A stretch of DNA of 64,000 nt from an uncultured virus (IMG/VR IMGVR_UViG_3300020048_000035) (taxonomy: Duplodnaviria > Heunggongvirae > Uroviricota > Caudoviricetes). A program made the translations under genes and the position numbers. The notes below the pieces were generated by a model. It did no database searches. It had not been told where the DNA came from and saw nothing but the letters and a program-made list of their open reading frames with translations. Positions 39,402 through 50,734 of the stretch are shown here, piece after piece (position 1 is the first letter of the stretch; each line of letters opens with the position of its first letter). Where the stretch lies: the IMG/VR virus record IMGVR_UViG_3300020048_000035, one strand, 5' to 3'.

Positions 39402-42038
39402 CTATTTGGTTATGCCTGACAAGAATTTCAAGCGAGAAATAGTGTCAGAATCGCCGCCAACTACAGGTTTCATTTTTCCAGAATGTCCATATTGGCCTGC
39501 TAACAAATTTCCACTTTCTGCTGTCATTTTAGGTGTGCTTTTCCCAGTGGTTGGTTTTGCTTCTGGCTCAGGTGAATTTAGCCATTTGTCTATTTTGTTA
39601 TCAGCCCACTGTCCACCTTTTCTGAGCAAATCGCTACCTGCCCGTGCGCCAACTTTACCTGCACCTATTTTTCCTTTACCAGCTTTTAATCCTATAGCAC
39701 CACCAACTTTACCACCAACATAGTCGCCAATATCAGCAAGTGCTCCTTCATCAACTTCTTTTTCTTCTTCAAAATCACTGGGTAAGTTAACTAATTTTGA
39801 TGTACCCGCTGGTCTAGTTTTGTTATACGCATCTAGATCTGCCTGAGTCTTTAATGGTTGAACATGAGAAGTTGTAGGTTTATTAAATTGATCAATACCT
39901 TTTGTATTGCTAAATCCAGTAGGAGAATGTGACCCTGCAGCATATCCACCTAAAGCAGCAGCACCCACTAGCCCAGCGGCAGCTAATTTGCCTTTCCAAC
40001 CTTCATCTACCTCATTATTGTTATATAACCAATTTGCCGGAGGAGTTTTTGTTACATAGTGACTGACTATATCATTACCTTGTATAACAACTACTTTATA
40101 TTCACCCTTAGCATTAGGCCCTGTTACATTTTGAATACGTTGCTGAAAATCATGTGAGTCTTTACTGGGATCCGATCCCATAGTTTTAGTCAAAGACCTG
40201 TCTGCTCTTATGTGATTATCATATCCAGATGTTCCCCAACTAGGATCATACTTGTCTGTAGTTTGGGCTCCAGCTCCGCCACTACCCAACGCAGCCAACC
40301 CTATTGCTCCTGCCCCAATTGCTTTTTTTGCGGCTGTACCAAACCCTTCTTCCATGTCATCTTCATGAATTCCTGCGCTGCGGCGTAGTTGGATTAGTGG
40401 ATCTTCTGTACCTTCATCCATACTGTAATAATCGTCGGCGGCTTTATCCCGTAAATCCCCACCTCCATCGGCTACAACACTTTTGGGATCAAGTTCTTGT
40501 CCCATGTCATCTATAACAGATATAATGCGTATTTCAGGACTTTCTTCCGGTGTACCGCCACCATCACCCCATGTGGCTGGATTATGTGAACCACTCATAC
40601 TATACGAAACTGTTACTGGAATCATTTTTTCTGGTTCCGGAGGTAAAGGATTATCTTCGGTTTCTTCGTAGCTTTCCCATGATAACCATTCTGGATTAAT
40701 TATTTCAGTTTCAAATTCATAATCAGCACCACGAGATTCTGTTACCTCTTGTTCAGGCTCTTCGGTAGGTTCTTCTGATGATTGATTTGTTAATTCACCA
40801 ATTACTTGGGCTATATCAGGATTATCTTTTAATTCTTCCAATCTATTAAGAATAATTTCTCTGGCATCGGCATCTGCATTTTCATCGGCCAAATCACTTA
40901 ATTGTTGTGCCAATTCTGAATCAAGAAATAAATCTTCTAATTCAGTGGTAGCGTTTACAGCAAGAGCACCAACTGGCAATTCTTGACTTAGTAATTCGAT
41001 AAGAGCTGCTTTTTTTCCGATGGTATTCGGCATTGCTTCAATGTTTTCACCTTCTAGTATAAGGTTTGCCCAGCTTTCAAATATATTGGCTTCTTTCATT
41101 TCTTGTTCCCGTTGTAATTTTGCCAATAAAGGCAATGCCTGTTCAACCCGTGAGTCAATATTTTGTTCAACAAACATATGTCGTAAATCTTCAATAATAA
41201 CGTCTTCGTCTGTTATTGCTGCTGGATCCCATGCTTCAAAGTATTTTGTATAACCTGTCTTAGAGCTTAAACTTTTTAAATTATGCTGTAGTGTTTCATA
41301 GTACATACCAGCACTTTCAATTAATTGTGCGGTGGCACCTTCAAAGATTTTTCCTTGGTTTGCACGTTTAAATCTGCTAAGAACATTCATTTCTTCCACT
41401 ATTTGGGCAATATGATTGCCACGAATATCGTATGGTTTTCCGCCTTGCCGTACATGTTCTACCATGGCACGACCCGCTGATATTTTTTTAAATGGCAACT
41501 TGTAGCGTTCGCCTTCCGCTGTTTCTATGAATAAAGATTCCACATATCGGAAACGGGCATCATTTTCACCGATAACACGTTTGTGTTTGATCATTAATCT
41601 GGCTTCTGTTTCAATTCCATTCCATGAACGAGTTTTTGTACCAGCCCATCCTTCAAACAACCCTTCTTTAATTGCGGCTTGACCTTGCATGCTGTATTTG
41701 TATTTGCTTATGTCTTGAATTTTTAACACTTCTTCAGAGTTAAACTTACCACTGGCAAAATGTTTCAACTGTTCTAGAAAAGAAAACCAAGCATTTTTAT
41801 CTGCTGCATCCATGCCTTTCCCAAGATTATCTCCATAAAACAAATTTAATCCTGAATTATTAATCATTACAACGGCTGCGCCATAGTCTTTGCCGGAATC
41901 TGATGTATAATTAAATTTAAATGATACTGCTTTGGCTGGATCTCCACCTGGTTTTCCAGCAGAATCCAATGACTCTGGATCAAAATCCCTAGTAATTAGT
42001 AAATTATATAATTCTTGGCTTGGTGTTTGTTGAGTCAT
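39402..42038 (-). CDS. Large putative internal head protein
   Basis: 878 aa; globular N-terminal half, then acidic linkers with DEG/EEG sites and Gly/Ala hydrophobic modules; follows terminase. Confidence 0.7.
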   Translation of the reverse strand: MTQQTPSQELYNLLITRDFDPESLDSAGKPGGDPAKAVSFKFNYTSDSGKDYGAAVVMINNSGLNLFYGDNLGKGMDAADKNAWFSFLEQLKHFASGKFNSEEVLKIQDISKYKYSMQGQAAIKEGLFEGWAGTKTRSWNGIETEARLMIKHKRVIGENDARFRYVESLFIETAEGERYKLPFKKISAGRAMVEHVRQGGKPYDIRGNHIAQIVEEMNVLSRFKRANQGKIFEGATAQLIESAGMYYETLQHNLKSLSSKTGYTKYFEAWDPAAITDEDVIIEDLRHMFVEQNIDSRVEQALPLLAKLQREQEMKEANIFESWANLILEGENIEAMPNTIGKKAALIELLSQELPVGALAVNATTELEDLFLDSELAQQLSDLADENADADAREIILNRLEELKDNPDIAQVIGELTNQSSEEPTEEPEQEVTESRGADYEFETEIINPEWLSWESYEETEDNPLPPEPEKMIPVTVSYSMSGSHNPATWGDGGGTPEESPEIRIISVIDDMGQELDPKSVVADGGGDLRDKAADDYYSMDEGTEDPLIQLRRSAGIHEDDMEEGFGTAAKKAIGAGAIGLAALGSGGAGAQTTDKYDPSWGTSGYDNHIRADRSLTKTMGSDPSKDSHDFQQRIQNVTGPNAKGEYKVVVIQGNDIVSHYVTKTPPANWLYNNNEVDEGWKGKLAAAGLVGAAALGGYAAGSHSPTGFSNTKGIDQFNKPTTSHVQPLKTQADLDAYNKTRPAGTSKLVNLPSDFEEEKEVDEGALADIGDYVGGKVGGAIGLKAGKGKIGAGKVGARAGSDLLRKGGQWADNKIDKWLNSPEPEAKPTTGKSTPKMTAESGNLLAGQYGHSGKMKPVVGGDSDTISRLKFLSGITK

Positions 42039-42053
42039 GGTATATTATTTATG

Positions 42054-43605
42054 TTAATACATAGTAGAAATGAATGGCAGAGGTGGAAGAATATTTTCAC
42101 CATGATCTCGCATTTGAGTATCCATGTCTGGATGATATGTCTGAAGTAATATCATCATTCTTGTAACTAGTAGTGTAGCCATAACCAAATCGTCGGTTGA
42201 GCCTTGTTTTGCCGCATAACTTACGCCTGTGGCAACAAAAGTTTTAAGTTCGGAAATAAGTGGTCGGCTCTTTATTTTCATTCTATTTGATTCGATCATC
42301 GTTTTTAACTTGGAACACGCTGTTAACTTATTCTTAGGGCTAGTATTGAATCCTTTACGATAGCGTCCTGTCCCTCTGGTAGGGTCTGATAAAAAATATC
42401 CCTTGATATTCTCTTCTCCAAATTGCTCTATGGATATAAGTGCTGCTTCACCAATTGTGTTATTTTCAACTGAGTAATATATTGATTCTTCATCCTTTGT
42501 GAAGGTGTAAATGTATTTTATAATATCTGCTAATATTCGAACCTGTTCTGGAATAGTGGTTCTATTGTGTTTCCACTCACCAACTTGTTCAGTGGTATTG
42601 GCTTCAAAAATTTGTATAGCCGCAGGATCACCACCTGTACCTAACGATGGGTCAAGTCCCACACAGTACATTTTACCAGCTTGTGGTTGTTTATACCAGC
42701 GTACTTGCGCTGTACGATGTGTAGGCTCAATACCCTCTAAATCTATCAATTTAGCCGGTGCTATTAGTGTTTCATCGTTAATAATGAATTCACAATCCAT
42801 CTCACGACGGAATTGATCTTCACCAAGTTGTGCTCGCATTGACGATGCCCATGCGTCATCTCTATCTGGATGTTCACGCCAATAACTACGGAATGCTTTA
42901 AATCCATTTACGCCAACTTCTTGTGGATTGCCATGGCTATCTTCCATTTTATTGGCACCTTTCCACAATAACGCAAATTGATCTTCGTCGCTATTTGGAG
43001 TTGATGTAATGATAGCCGATCCACCGGTTGCTAGTGTTGGACTTATTGAAGCCCAGAATTCTTGTGCTACATTTGGTCGTACATATGCGAACNNNNNNNN
43101 NNATTGACATACCACGACCAGTATTCTCGGTGGTAGTAGCTGACACAATACGACTTCCATTTTCAAAATCTATTGATCCTAAGTTATAATTAGTAGCTCC
43201 TGCACGTATGTGATCGGGGCAAAGTTCGTATGCGAAGCGAATACGCTTCATAATCTCCTGAGAACCATCAAACTTGTGTGCAGCAACTAAAACGGTTGAG
43301 TCAGGTATAAACATAGCATACCACAACAAGTATCCTGCTGCAGAAGTTGATTTGCCTGTTTGCCGTGGCATCATGGCTATTGAGTAACGATAGTTATGAT
43401 AAGTGTCAATTAATCGTACTTGATATTCAAAAGGGTTGTATAATGTTCTTCCACCAACAGTCTGTTGAATGTAAAAGAAATTACGCATAAAATACTCTGG
43501 TCCAGTCACTGGATCAGCACACGCAGCAAATTCTGCAAGCTGTTGCTCGGTATAAACTTCTTGTTTGTACGGCGTTTTCGCCAGTGAATGTGAATCAAAT
43601 CCCAT
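42054..43605 (-). CDS. gp17: Terminase large subunit (spans N gap 43093-43102)
   Basis: PRQTGKS, GRGMS, ITSTPN, nuclease GLDPS, VENN, DDLVMA. Confidence 0.95.
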
Positions 43606-43609
43606 GTTG

Positions 43610-43615
43610 TATTTA
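43610..43615 (-). promoter_or_regulatory. Late promoter core, leaderless terminase
   Basis: TAAATA-CAAC-ATG. Confidence 0.7.
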
Positions 43616-43627
43616 CTTTAAAATGTA

Positions 43628-43891
43628 TTACTTCTTAGGAAATAAAGCATACCAAGCTGGTGTACCTGGTCGTATTCCTGTTGATTTTGCGTATTCAAGC
43701 TCGGGAGATATTTTGGCTTTTTGTCGTTCTGCGGTAATTCTATTGTATTCTGCTAGTTTTGTTTGACTACCTAACCCACCCATGTGGCTGGCAATCAATA
43801 ATTGATGTATAGGATCATCTGGCTCAAGGTAGCAATCATTATCGCTACTTGGAGTTAAATTTTGTGTTGTAATCCTATACTGCTTAGCCAT
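43628..43891 (-). CDS. Hypothetical late protein
   Basis: 87 aa; IRPGTPAW motif. Confidence 0.7.
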   Translation of the reverse strand: MAKQYRITTQNLTPSSDNDCYLEPDDPIHQLLIASHMGGLGSQTKLAEYNRITAERQKAKISPELEYAKSTGIRPGTPAWYALFPKK

Positions 43892-45114
43892 TATTGCGCC
43901 GGCGCATCATTTGGATCACGATCACGTATCCATTCAATGGTAAGTGTATCAATGTTATTATTTGGATATCGTGCTCGAAGTTGGGTACGAATATCTTCTA
44001 AATTGTCACCGGTAAATTCTCTAGAATTACCATTAGCATTGGACGCACGATATACACCTGGTCCTTGGTCAACTTGTGTGCCATTTTGAACAGCTGGAGC
44101 AGTGGCGACTGGTTGATCTGCCTGAGGTTCAAGTGTTTGTTGTCCGGTTTGATCTGGTTTTTTATTTTCTTGCGGCACACTGGCATAACTCAAAGGATAT
44201 TCTGATTTAATTTGTTCTATGGATCTGGCTATATCATATCCACCAGGAGTAAGATCTTTTGAACCTTTTTTAATTTCATCAGCATGTGCGGCAATTCCTG
44301 CCACAATTGATTTCATTAATCCCGGAAACAATTTGGCAAAACGAGCATCATTCCGAGGTACACTGTACCTATCATCTTGATCTGCGTTTACTAGCTGATT
44401 AGTTGGCGCATGGAACTGCCATTTGCCATTTTTGTCGTCTGGATTTTCTTTATCTATTATTGATACAATAGGACCATCCGGAGCATATCTAGCAAACCAT
44501 CTTAATCCTGATGATGATCCTGTACAAAAACTTGCTATTTTTCCTATTGAGTTATTAAATGTATAGCAAGAACCATAATTATATGGGATGATTGCTAAAT
44601 ATTTTGGAGTATCTACAATAACACTTTCTTTTTTGTCACGTTTATGTTTTTCAAGTTCAGCAGAATCTTTTATTCTACGTAATTCAGATCGATATTTGTC
44701 GTCTCCAACAATCCGTTGAATTTGTTTTAAATTTTTAAATGTGTTAAAATCTTGATGTTCTGGTTTAAGTAAGCGTCGTTTACTCAATGCCTTCCATGCG
44801 CCTAGGGCATCTCCACCCTCACCATCAATTTCTTCAAAATCAACCACACCTTGATAGTATAATTTAGTAAGCCATTGATCGAATTTACCATCTTGACTAA
44901 TATTTCCATAGGATGTATCACTTAATGCTCTGTCAAGTATAGCACTCCATAATTCCACAACGTCACTTTGTGTTGGGCGTGGGCCTAACTTAGCAACCGC
45001 AGATTTAGGCAATGTTTTATCATGATTCATTGCTATAATTAGCTGCCTTATAATATTGGCATCTTTAAGTTTTGAAGCCACATTGGCTTCGGTAAGTATT
45101 TCTAGTATGTTCAT
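43891..45114 (-). CDS. Putative internal head protein
   Basis: 407 aa; MNILEILTEA start; FCT and KWQFH motifs. Confidence 0.65.
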   Translation of the reverse strand: MNILEILTEANVASKLKDANIIRQLIIAMNHDKTLPKSAVAKLGPRPTQSDVVELWSAILDRALSDTSYGNISQDGKFDQWLTKLYYQGVVDFEEIDGEGGDALGAWKALSKRRLLKPEHQDFNTFKNLKQIQRIVGDDKYRSELRRIKDSAELEKHKRDKKESVIVDTPKYLAIIPYNYGSCYTFNNSIGKIASFCTGSSSGLRWFARYAPDGPIVSIIDKENPDDKNGKWQFHAPTNQLVNADQDDRYSVPRNDARFAKLFPGLMKSIVAGIAAHADEIKKGSKDLTPGGYDIARSIEQIKSEYPLSYASVPQENKKPDQTGQQTLEPQADQPVATAPAVQNGTQVDQGPGVYRASNANGNSREFTGDNLEDIRTQLRARYPNNNIDTLTIEWIRDRDPNDAPAQ

Positions 45115-45986
45115 CCTGAAATTAAATTCCTCTTAAAAAATCCCAAAATAGTTCCTAATTTTGCTGTATCACCACCGGCAATGTCAGACAGTAATTTTTG
45201 TGGGCCTTCATCATTCTCGGCTTGATATCCTCTATATCCTTTGCTAATTTCTCCGGTTAGCTCTGGATAATGATAGTGTGCAGCCATCATAATTGCCATT
45301 TGAACAGAAGTTTGAATAACATCAGGAGCTCGTTGCCCTTGTAGGNNNNNNNNNNTATATAATACTCCTTCTAGATCTTCTGCTTGTCTTACTTTCATTC
45401 TGGCTTTTTCAAAAGCATCATTTTTAATCATGGTAATTGACATACCTTTAACCTCGGCAATTGCAGCAGTAACTGCTTTTATCCAAAGAGGTCTAAATTT
45501 CTCTATCAATTTTTCAGGAGTAATTTTTGTAGTTGCGCTTGCGGTACGTTGTTTTCTAACATTTTTTAGCTGTGAAATATTGTCATTTTTTTCTCCAACA
45601 TAAAATTTGGTTGGTTTGCCAATTATATTTTTAACAAACGCCATTGTTTCAGTGGCGTTTGTTCTGGTAGTACTTTGAACTTCTCCCCCATCACTGGCAA
45701 AAATATTATAGGAACCAGTAGTACCACCGGTTGATCTAATGGCAGCAGTGCCTGTTGATCCGACAATAATAATCCACGCACCTTTATAATACCCTTTTAT
45801 TTCTGACCAAGATAGTTGTGGCACAGAGTTATATTTTTGGTCATGTGCTAAAAAATGGCCTTTGTGAAGTGTTTGGATGACTTCTTTTCCACCTGGATTT
45901 TGTTGTACAAGTGGCATTGCAGAACTAGCTTCTGTTATTAATGATTTGCATAATTGTGCAAATAAACGATGAGTTGAAAGTTTCAT
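45111..45986 (-). CDS. Hypothetical late protein (spans N gap 45346-45355)
   Basis: Start MKLSTH 5 nt after TAAATA; LITEA site near the N-terminus. Confidence 0.65.
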   Translation of the reverse strand: MKLSTHRLFAQLCKSLITEASSAMPLVQQNPGGKEVIQTLHKGHFLAHDQKYNSVPQLSWSEIKGYYKGAWIIIVGSTGTAAIRSTGGTTGSYNIFASDGGEVQSTTRTNATETMAFVKNIIGKPTKFYVGEKNDNISQLKNVRKQRTASATTKITPEKLIEKFRPLWIKAVTAAIAEVKGMSITMIKNDAFEKARMKVRQAEDLEGVLYXXXXLQGQRAPDVIQTSVQMAIMMAAHYHYPELTGEISKGYRGYQAENDEGPQKLLSDIAGGDTAKLGTILGFFKRNLISG

Positions 45987-46002
45987 GATAGTATTTATGT
46001 TT

Positions 46003-46827
46003 CTATTCAGATGATGGATTGAACCCACACTTGGATCGTTTGGCCTGTGTTAATTTACCAAAGTCCACTGGCCATTCTTTACCCGGCGCTAGTTCAACAG
46101 CGTTTGCTGGAAAAGCGTACCTAACACCAGCGGTTTGCATTATTTGTGCCACAGGCACTCGGAATTTAGTTAGATCGTTGCCTAAATTAGGATATGGAGC
46201 AACATGTGGAAATTCCCACCCAGCAACTTCATTGGTTTGATTATTGATAACAATCTTATAAAAGCCATGGGGTACAACCACACCATTCCCAATAATTTTA
46301 TTTCCTTTACCATACAACCCACCAGTAACAATTGTGTATGATTGATTTAGTTGAACAGTCCATCCGCGAATAGATGTTTCTAATAATTTCCAAATTCCAC
46401 GATTTAATGACCCTGCTTGTGGACTCATGTTCGTCATTAAGAATGATTCAAATTCAACTTGTATATCCCATGACAAATCTCCATCGGGAGCCATGTGTCC
46501 TTTGTCATATCCTGTAGCAGCATAATCATCAGGACGAGCACCATTTGGTATAGATTGGTCGGCGGCAAATGCGTTAGTGCGTATCACACAGCCTAGAGCG
46601 TTTGGTGGAATAAGTTCATACATTACAAACTCTGGTATTTTAGCGGCAGCATCATAACCAACTAGGTATGCTTGTCGGCAAATCGGTTGTATTGATCTAG
46701 AACTTTGTGGGAATCCATATGGAGCATGAACTTGACATGCTTGAACTGGATTAGGAGGTCGTTGATTCCACGCAAATACAGTGGATGATATTATTATCAA
46801 TAATAATAAAACAAATAACTTCTTCAT
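46003..46827 (-). CDS. DNA/RNA non-specific endonuclease (NucA/EndoG family) with signal peptide
   Basis: YDKGHMAP, NMSPQ..LNRGIW..LE, VPHGFYK; MKKLFVLLLL..VFA leader. Confidence 0.9.
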   Translation of the reverse strand: MKKLFVLLLLIIISSTVFAWNQRPPNPVQACQVHAPYGFPQSSRSIQPICRQAYLVGYDAAAKIPEFVMYELIPPNALGCVIRTNAFAADQSIPNGARPDDYAATGYDKGHMAPDGDLSWDIQVEFESFLMTNMSPQAGSLNRGIWKLLETSIRGWTVQLNQSYTIVTGGLYGKGNKIIGNGVVVPHGFYKIVINNQTNEVAGWEFPHVAPYPNLGNDLTKFRVPVAQIMQTAGVRYAFPANAVELAPGKEWPVDFGKLTQAKRSKCGFNPSSE

Positions 46828-47229
46828 TTACTTTCTTTTGTAACCTTTGAATGCGACTATAGGACTAGTTTTTTCCACATCTGACGTTTCTTGACTGTGT
46901 TGAGTAGCAATACGAACACAATCTTTTGAACTCATACCCATTGAGTGTAGGGCATCATCAATCCATGTTTCAACATTAGGATCATAGCTAACTACAATTT
47001 CATTTTCACCAAAAATACTATCTTCTTCATAATCAGGCACACCATCTTTTTTGCGTTGAGCACGCCCTTTTGCGCCGGCTATTGCCACACCAAACCGATA
47101 TTGCTCATAAGGGTCATTGTTTTTTAATTTGGGAATTTTAAATGCGCCGGGTAACGCTAGTGCTACCTCTTGTGTAATACTTCCCGTGTTACCATTATTA
47201 TCTTCGGAAATAAATTCACGGGCTCTCAT
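46828..47229 (-). CDS. Putative internal head protein (paralog 1)
   Basis: MRAREFISE..SPIVAFKGYKRK. Confidence 0.7.
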   Translation of the reverse strand: MRAREFISEDNNGNTGSITQEVALALPGAFKIPKLKNNDPYEQYRFGVAIAGAKGRAQRKKDGVPDYEEDSIFGENEIVVSYDPNVETWIDDALHSMGMSSKDCVRIATQHSQETSDVEKTSPIVAFKGYKRK

Positions 47230-47603
47230 TTGCGTTTGTATCCTTTAAATGCTACTACCGGACTATCTGTGTTTGTTGATGCTAATTCTTCGCTATTTAA
47301 ATTACCATCATTTAAATCTTTATATTCTACACCGGCAGCTTTGTATGCCAATTTAAGCATATTCTGTTCTTCTTCAGTATAAGCGTGTGCAGTATTATGT
47401 TTGCCCACCCAACTTTCAGAATCCATTACTATTGGGTTTATTCCATCACTACTTGCTACTGCCATCATTACACGATTTAAATCATATAATTTATCGTAAG
47501 TATCTATTCTCTTGGCAAAAATATTTAGCCCGCGAGTAGCTTCTTGGTGACGTTTGCTAAGTTTACCTACAGCATTTTCAACAATAAACTCACGGGCTCG
47601 CAT
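47226..47603 (-). CDS. Putative internal head protein (paralog 2)
   Basis: MRAREFIVE..SPVVAFKGYKRK. Confidence 0.7.
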   Translation of the reverse strand: MRAREFIVENAVGKLSKRHQEATRGLNIFAKRIDTYDKLYDLNRVMMAVASSDGINPIVMDSESWVGKHNTAHAYTEEEQNMLKLAYKAAGVEYKDLNDGNLNSEELASTNTDSPVVAFKGYKRK

Positions 47604-47605
47604 GG

Positions 47606-48094
47606 TTAACCTTGACCGTTTACACCTGCTGTTGCAGATGAAGCAGTTCCTAATTCACGGGCAGTAAAGTTGGATCCTGTAATAGTCAAATAATTTCCTG
47701 CTCCAACATAAATTTGTTGCCGGCTATTCGCGGATACCTGTGGAGCAGCAGAATATAAATTACCGTTTGGTGGTGTGGTTACAGTAAAAACATTGGTAGC
47801 ATTTGCGGTAGCATTAGCACTTAGTGTTACACTGGTAAACGGAACTTGCGAGGCAATAGTTGCTCCACCCGGAATTCCAGTTCCTGAAATTGCGCTTCCA
47901 GCAGGTAATGCCATTGCTGCGCTTGTGGTAATAACATTACTAAGATTAGCAGTCGTGCCACTAAATGTAATTTGTGGTGGCAGAGCAACTTGATAAATGT
48001 TGTATGTTACCGCTGTATTGCCGGCAACAATTTCACATTTATCAGTATACCACCTTGCGTTTGCTACAGTGGTGTAAACATTTGCCTGTGACAT
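47606..48094 (-). CDS. Putative structural protein
   Basis: 162 aa T/A-rich; ISGTGIPGGATI..VTLS insert. Confidence 0.6.
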   Translation of the reverse strand: MSQANVYTTVANARWYTDKCEIVAGNTAVTYNIYQVALPPQITFSGTTANLSNVITTSAAMALPAGSAISGTGIPGGATIASQVPFTSVTLSANATANATNVFTVTTPPNGNLYSAAPQVSANSRQQIYVGAGNYLTITGSNFTARELGTASSATAGVNGQG

Positions 48095-50729
48095 TTATGC
48101 TTCCTTATTTTCTATCGCTTGGATAGATCTATATAAATCCATCATATGTTGCCCTTCGGATACATGACTATGTAAGCGATGCATTTGACTTGCTACAACT
48201 GGTAATGTAGCTTGGCCGGTTGATTTAGGTTCATGCATATCACTCCCAATTGGATCTACATTGTTGGAATATTCTTGGTTGCTTGGATAATCTGGCTCAT
48301 TGTCACTGTATGTTGCTACAGCTTCAGTGGTTTGTTGATCATCATTATTAGTAAATTTGTCAGCAATCGCATTAACACCAACCTGACCTGCTAAGTTAGC
48401 AGCACCTTGTCCCATCGCACCCGCACCTGCACGAGCTGCTGCCCCTGCTGCCATACGGCCACCAATTGCGGCAAGCACTGGGAGAAATTCATCAAGTTGT
48501 TCTTCTTCAAGAGCATCTTCTTCCATTGTTGGATTAGGCCTTTTTGGATCATATAAATCTCCGTCATTTTCGCCCCGATCAGGTTGCACATTAGAAAGTG
48601 GAATTGCGTAAGTATTTGGATGGCTATATATTAATGCATCTACCCCGTTTTTCATACCTTTGAACACTCCGCGCACTCTCCTGCCTGATTGTGAGCGATG
48701 AATTACGTTATCACCTATTTCAAACGGTGCAGCAGATTCATCCATTTCATCACATTGGCAAGGAACACCGCCACATGAATCACATGGTTCTTCACCACCA
48801 TGCTCATGCCCTGTTTCTTCACCACTACCAACACCCATGCTATGTAACATTTCTTTAATACGTGCAACATCATCACCTGTTACATTAATAGTAATGTTTT
48901 CTTCTTCTTCACCAGAATCATTTTTTGATGAATTAGTAGTAACATTTACATCTTCTTTAAGTAGGGTTGTGTATTTGCGTTCCCATGAATCATAAATGCC
49001 TTGTCCAATTCCCATGCCACCAGATGATTTACCACCCGATGATGTAGACACTGAACCAGAGGTTGTTGTTTCTTCAACTTTTTCTTCTTTCTTAGCTTTC
49101 TTTTTTCCGCCTTCTTCGTCCTTGCCTAAACGACCAGAAACAACATCACCTTGAGTTACTTTGTCGTATGGTTTAGCATTATTGGCTAAGTTGCCATCGC
49201 CTTTGCCTTCTTCAGTTTTTTTAACTGGCTTAGCTGTTGATTTTGCTGCTGGCTTAGCTGTTGATTTTGCTGCTGGCTTAGTTTTGTTAGCTTTAATAGC
49301 TTTGTCTACTACTCCAGCGTGTTCTGCTTTACTAGTTTCTTTCTTGCCATCACCATCATAGTCGCGGTTAGCAAGTACTTTAGCTACACCACCCACTTTC
49401 TTAGCAGCTTTAACAAAATGCCCCATTCCGGCCTTGGCGTCTTCCATATCAACTTCACGACCATTACCTAACATAGGAGAGTTACCGCCTCCCATTGTTT
49501 GTCCACAATGTGGGCAGCATTCATCCATTTCTTTTTTGCTTGATTTTTTCGGGGCAGAACCTTTGCTGCCTTTACTTGGAGCTTTGCTTGGCATACCAGT
49601 ATCACTTCCAGTTGGATATCCAGTTCTTGGATCAAGTTTTCGAGTATATACTGTTCCACCTGCGCTTGATGTAGATGTATCATGTTTAGAATATTCATCG
49701 GCTTCTTCAAATTCCATACCATTGTATGCGTTTGAAGCACTGGCTGATCCATTATAAGGACGGCTAGTTGCCTTGGCGTTTCCACCAGTTGGCACTAATT
49801 TAGATTTCAAATAATCTAAAATATCTTTATCTGATTCACTGTACATACTTGTTTCCTCAAGATCATTATGATCTAACCCTGGATCTCCACGACCTTTACG
49901 AATAAATGCCGGAACTTCTGAACGGCGTGGGCCGCCTTGCGCTGGTTGTCGTTGTACATCACGACTATTTTTTCTAATTGCTGCTTCTCTTTTCCTAAGA
50001 TTCATAGTTTGTTGAGTAAGTTCAGCTGGGGTTGCGCCTTCTTCCATGCCACCCATGCCACATTCTTCCATGCCCATGTTTTCTTTAACTTTTTTCTTAC
50101 CCTTACCTTGAATATTTAAAGCAAAGTTAGCACGTTTCTTTTCTAGAGGCGTACCAGATTTCTTAAGACTGTTTAATTTTTTATCGCCAATTTTCTCGTC
50201 TTTTGGAATACCTTCTTGCTTGTGCAACGCACCTTTTTTAACTGTCTTGGCAGCTTTACTCAATGACTTCCCAGCTTCTTCCAATGTGCTTTCTGGCAAT
50301 TTACCTTTTGGTCCATTAATGCCATACATGTCTTTGGCTCTTTTGCCATCTACACTTTTACCCTTAACCATATCTTTATATTCATTAGGACTCTTTGCCG
50401 GTGTATTATCACCACCGCGATTTGCTAATTTGTCCTTAGAAGGATTACCTTGACCGCCTTTTTTAGGTTTATCAATCCCGATCAGCGTATTGGCTGTCAC
50501 AAACTNNNNNNNNNNTATCAAAATTAAAATATTCTTCTAAAGTATTACCGCCAGCTAATCCAGCCGAACCATCTTCCATAAGACTACGCAGGTCTGTACG
50601 AAGTGCTTGCTCTAGTGTCTGTTTAGCCGGTGACTTAGGAGCACGACTTTCTACTAGAGCTTTTTGCTCTTGAGTTGGCTCGTTACGAATACCGTCTAGT
50701 GTTTTATTAAGTTTGTAAAATGGGTTCAT
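48095..50729 (-). CDS. Low-complexity prohead core/internal polyprotein (spans N gap 50506-50515)
   Basis: Lys-rich modules separated by LEE/VEE/MDE/LKE sites; N-terminal part 50516-50729. Confidence 0.65.
49226..49281. repeat. 24-bp tandem repeat (KPAAKSTA x2)
   Basis: tggcttagctgttgattttgctgc x2 plus a partial copy. Confidence 0.9.
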
Positions 50730-50734
50730 TGCTA

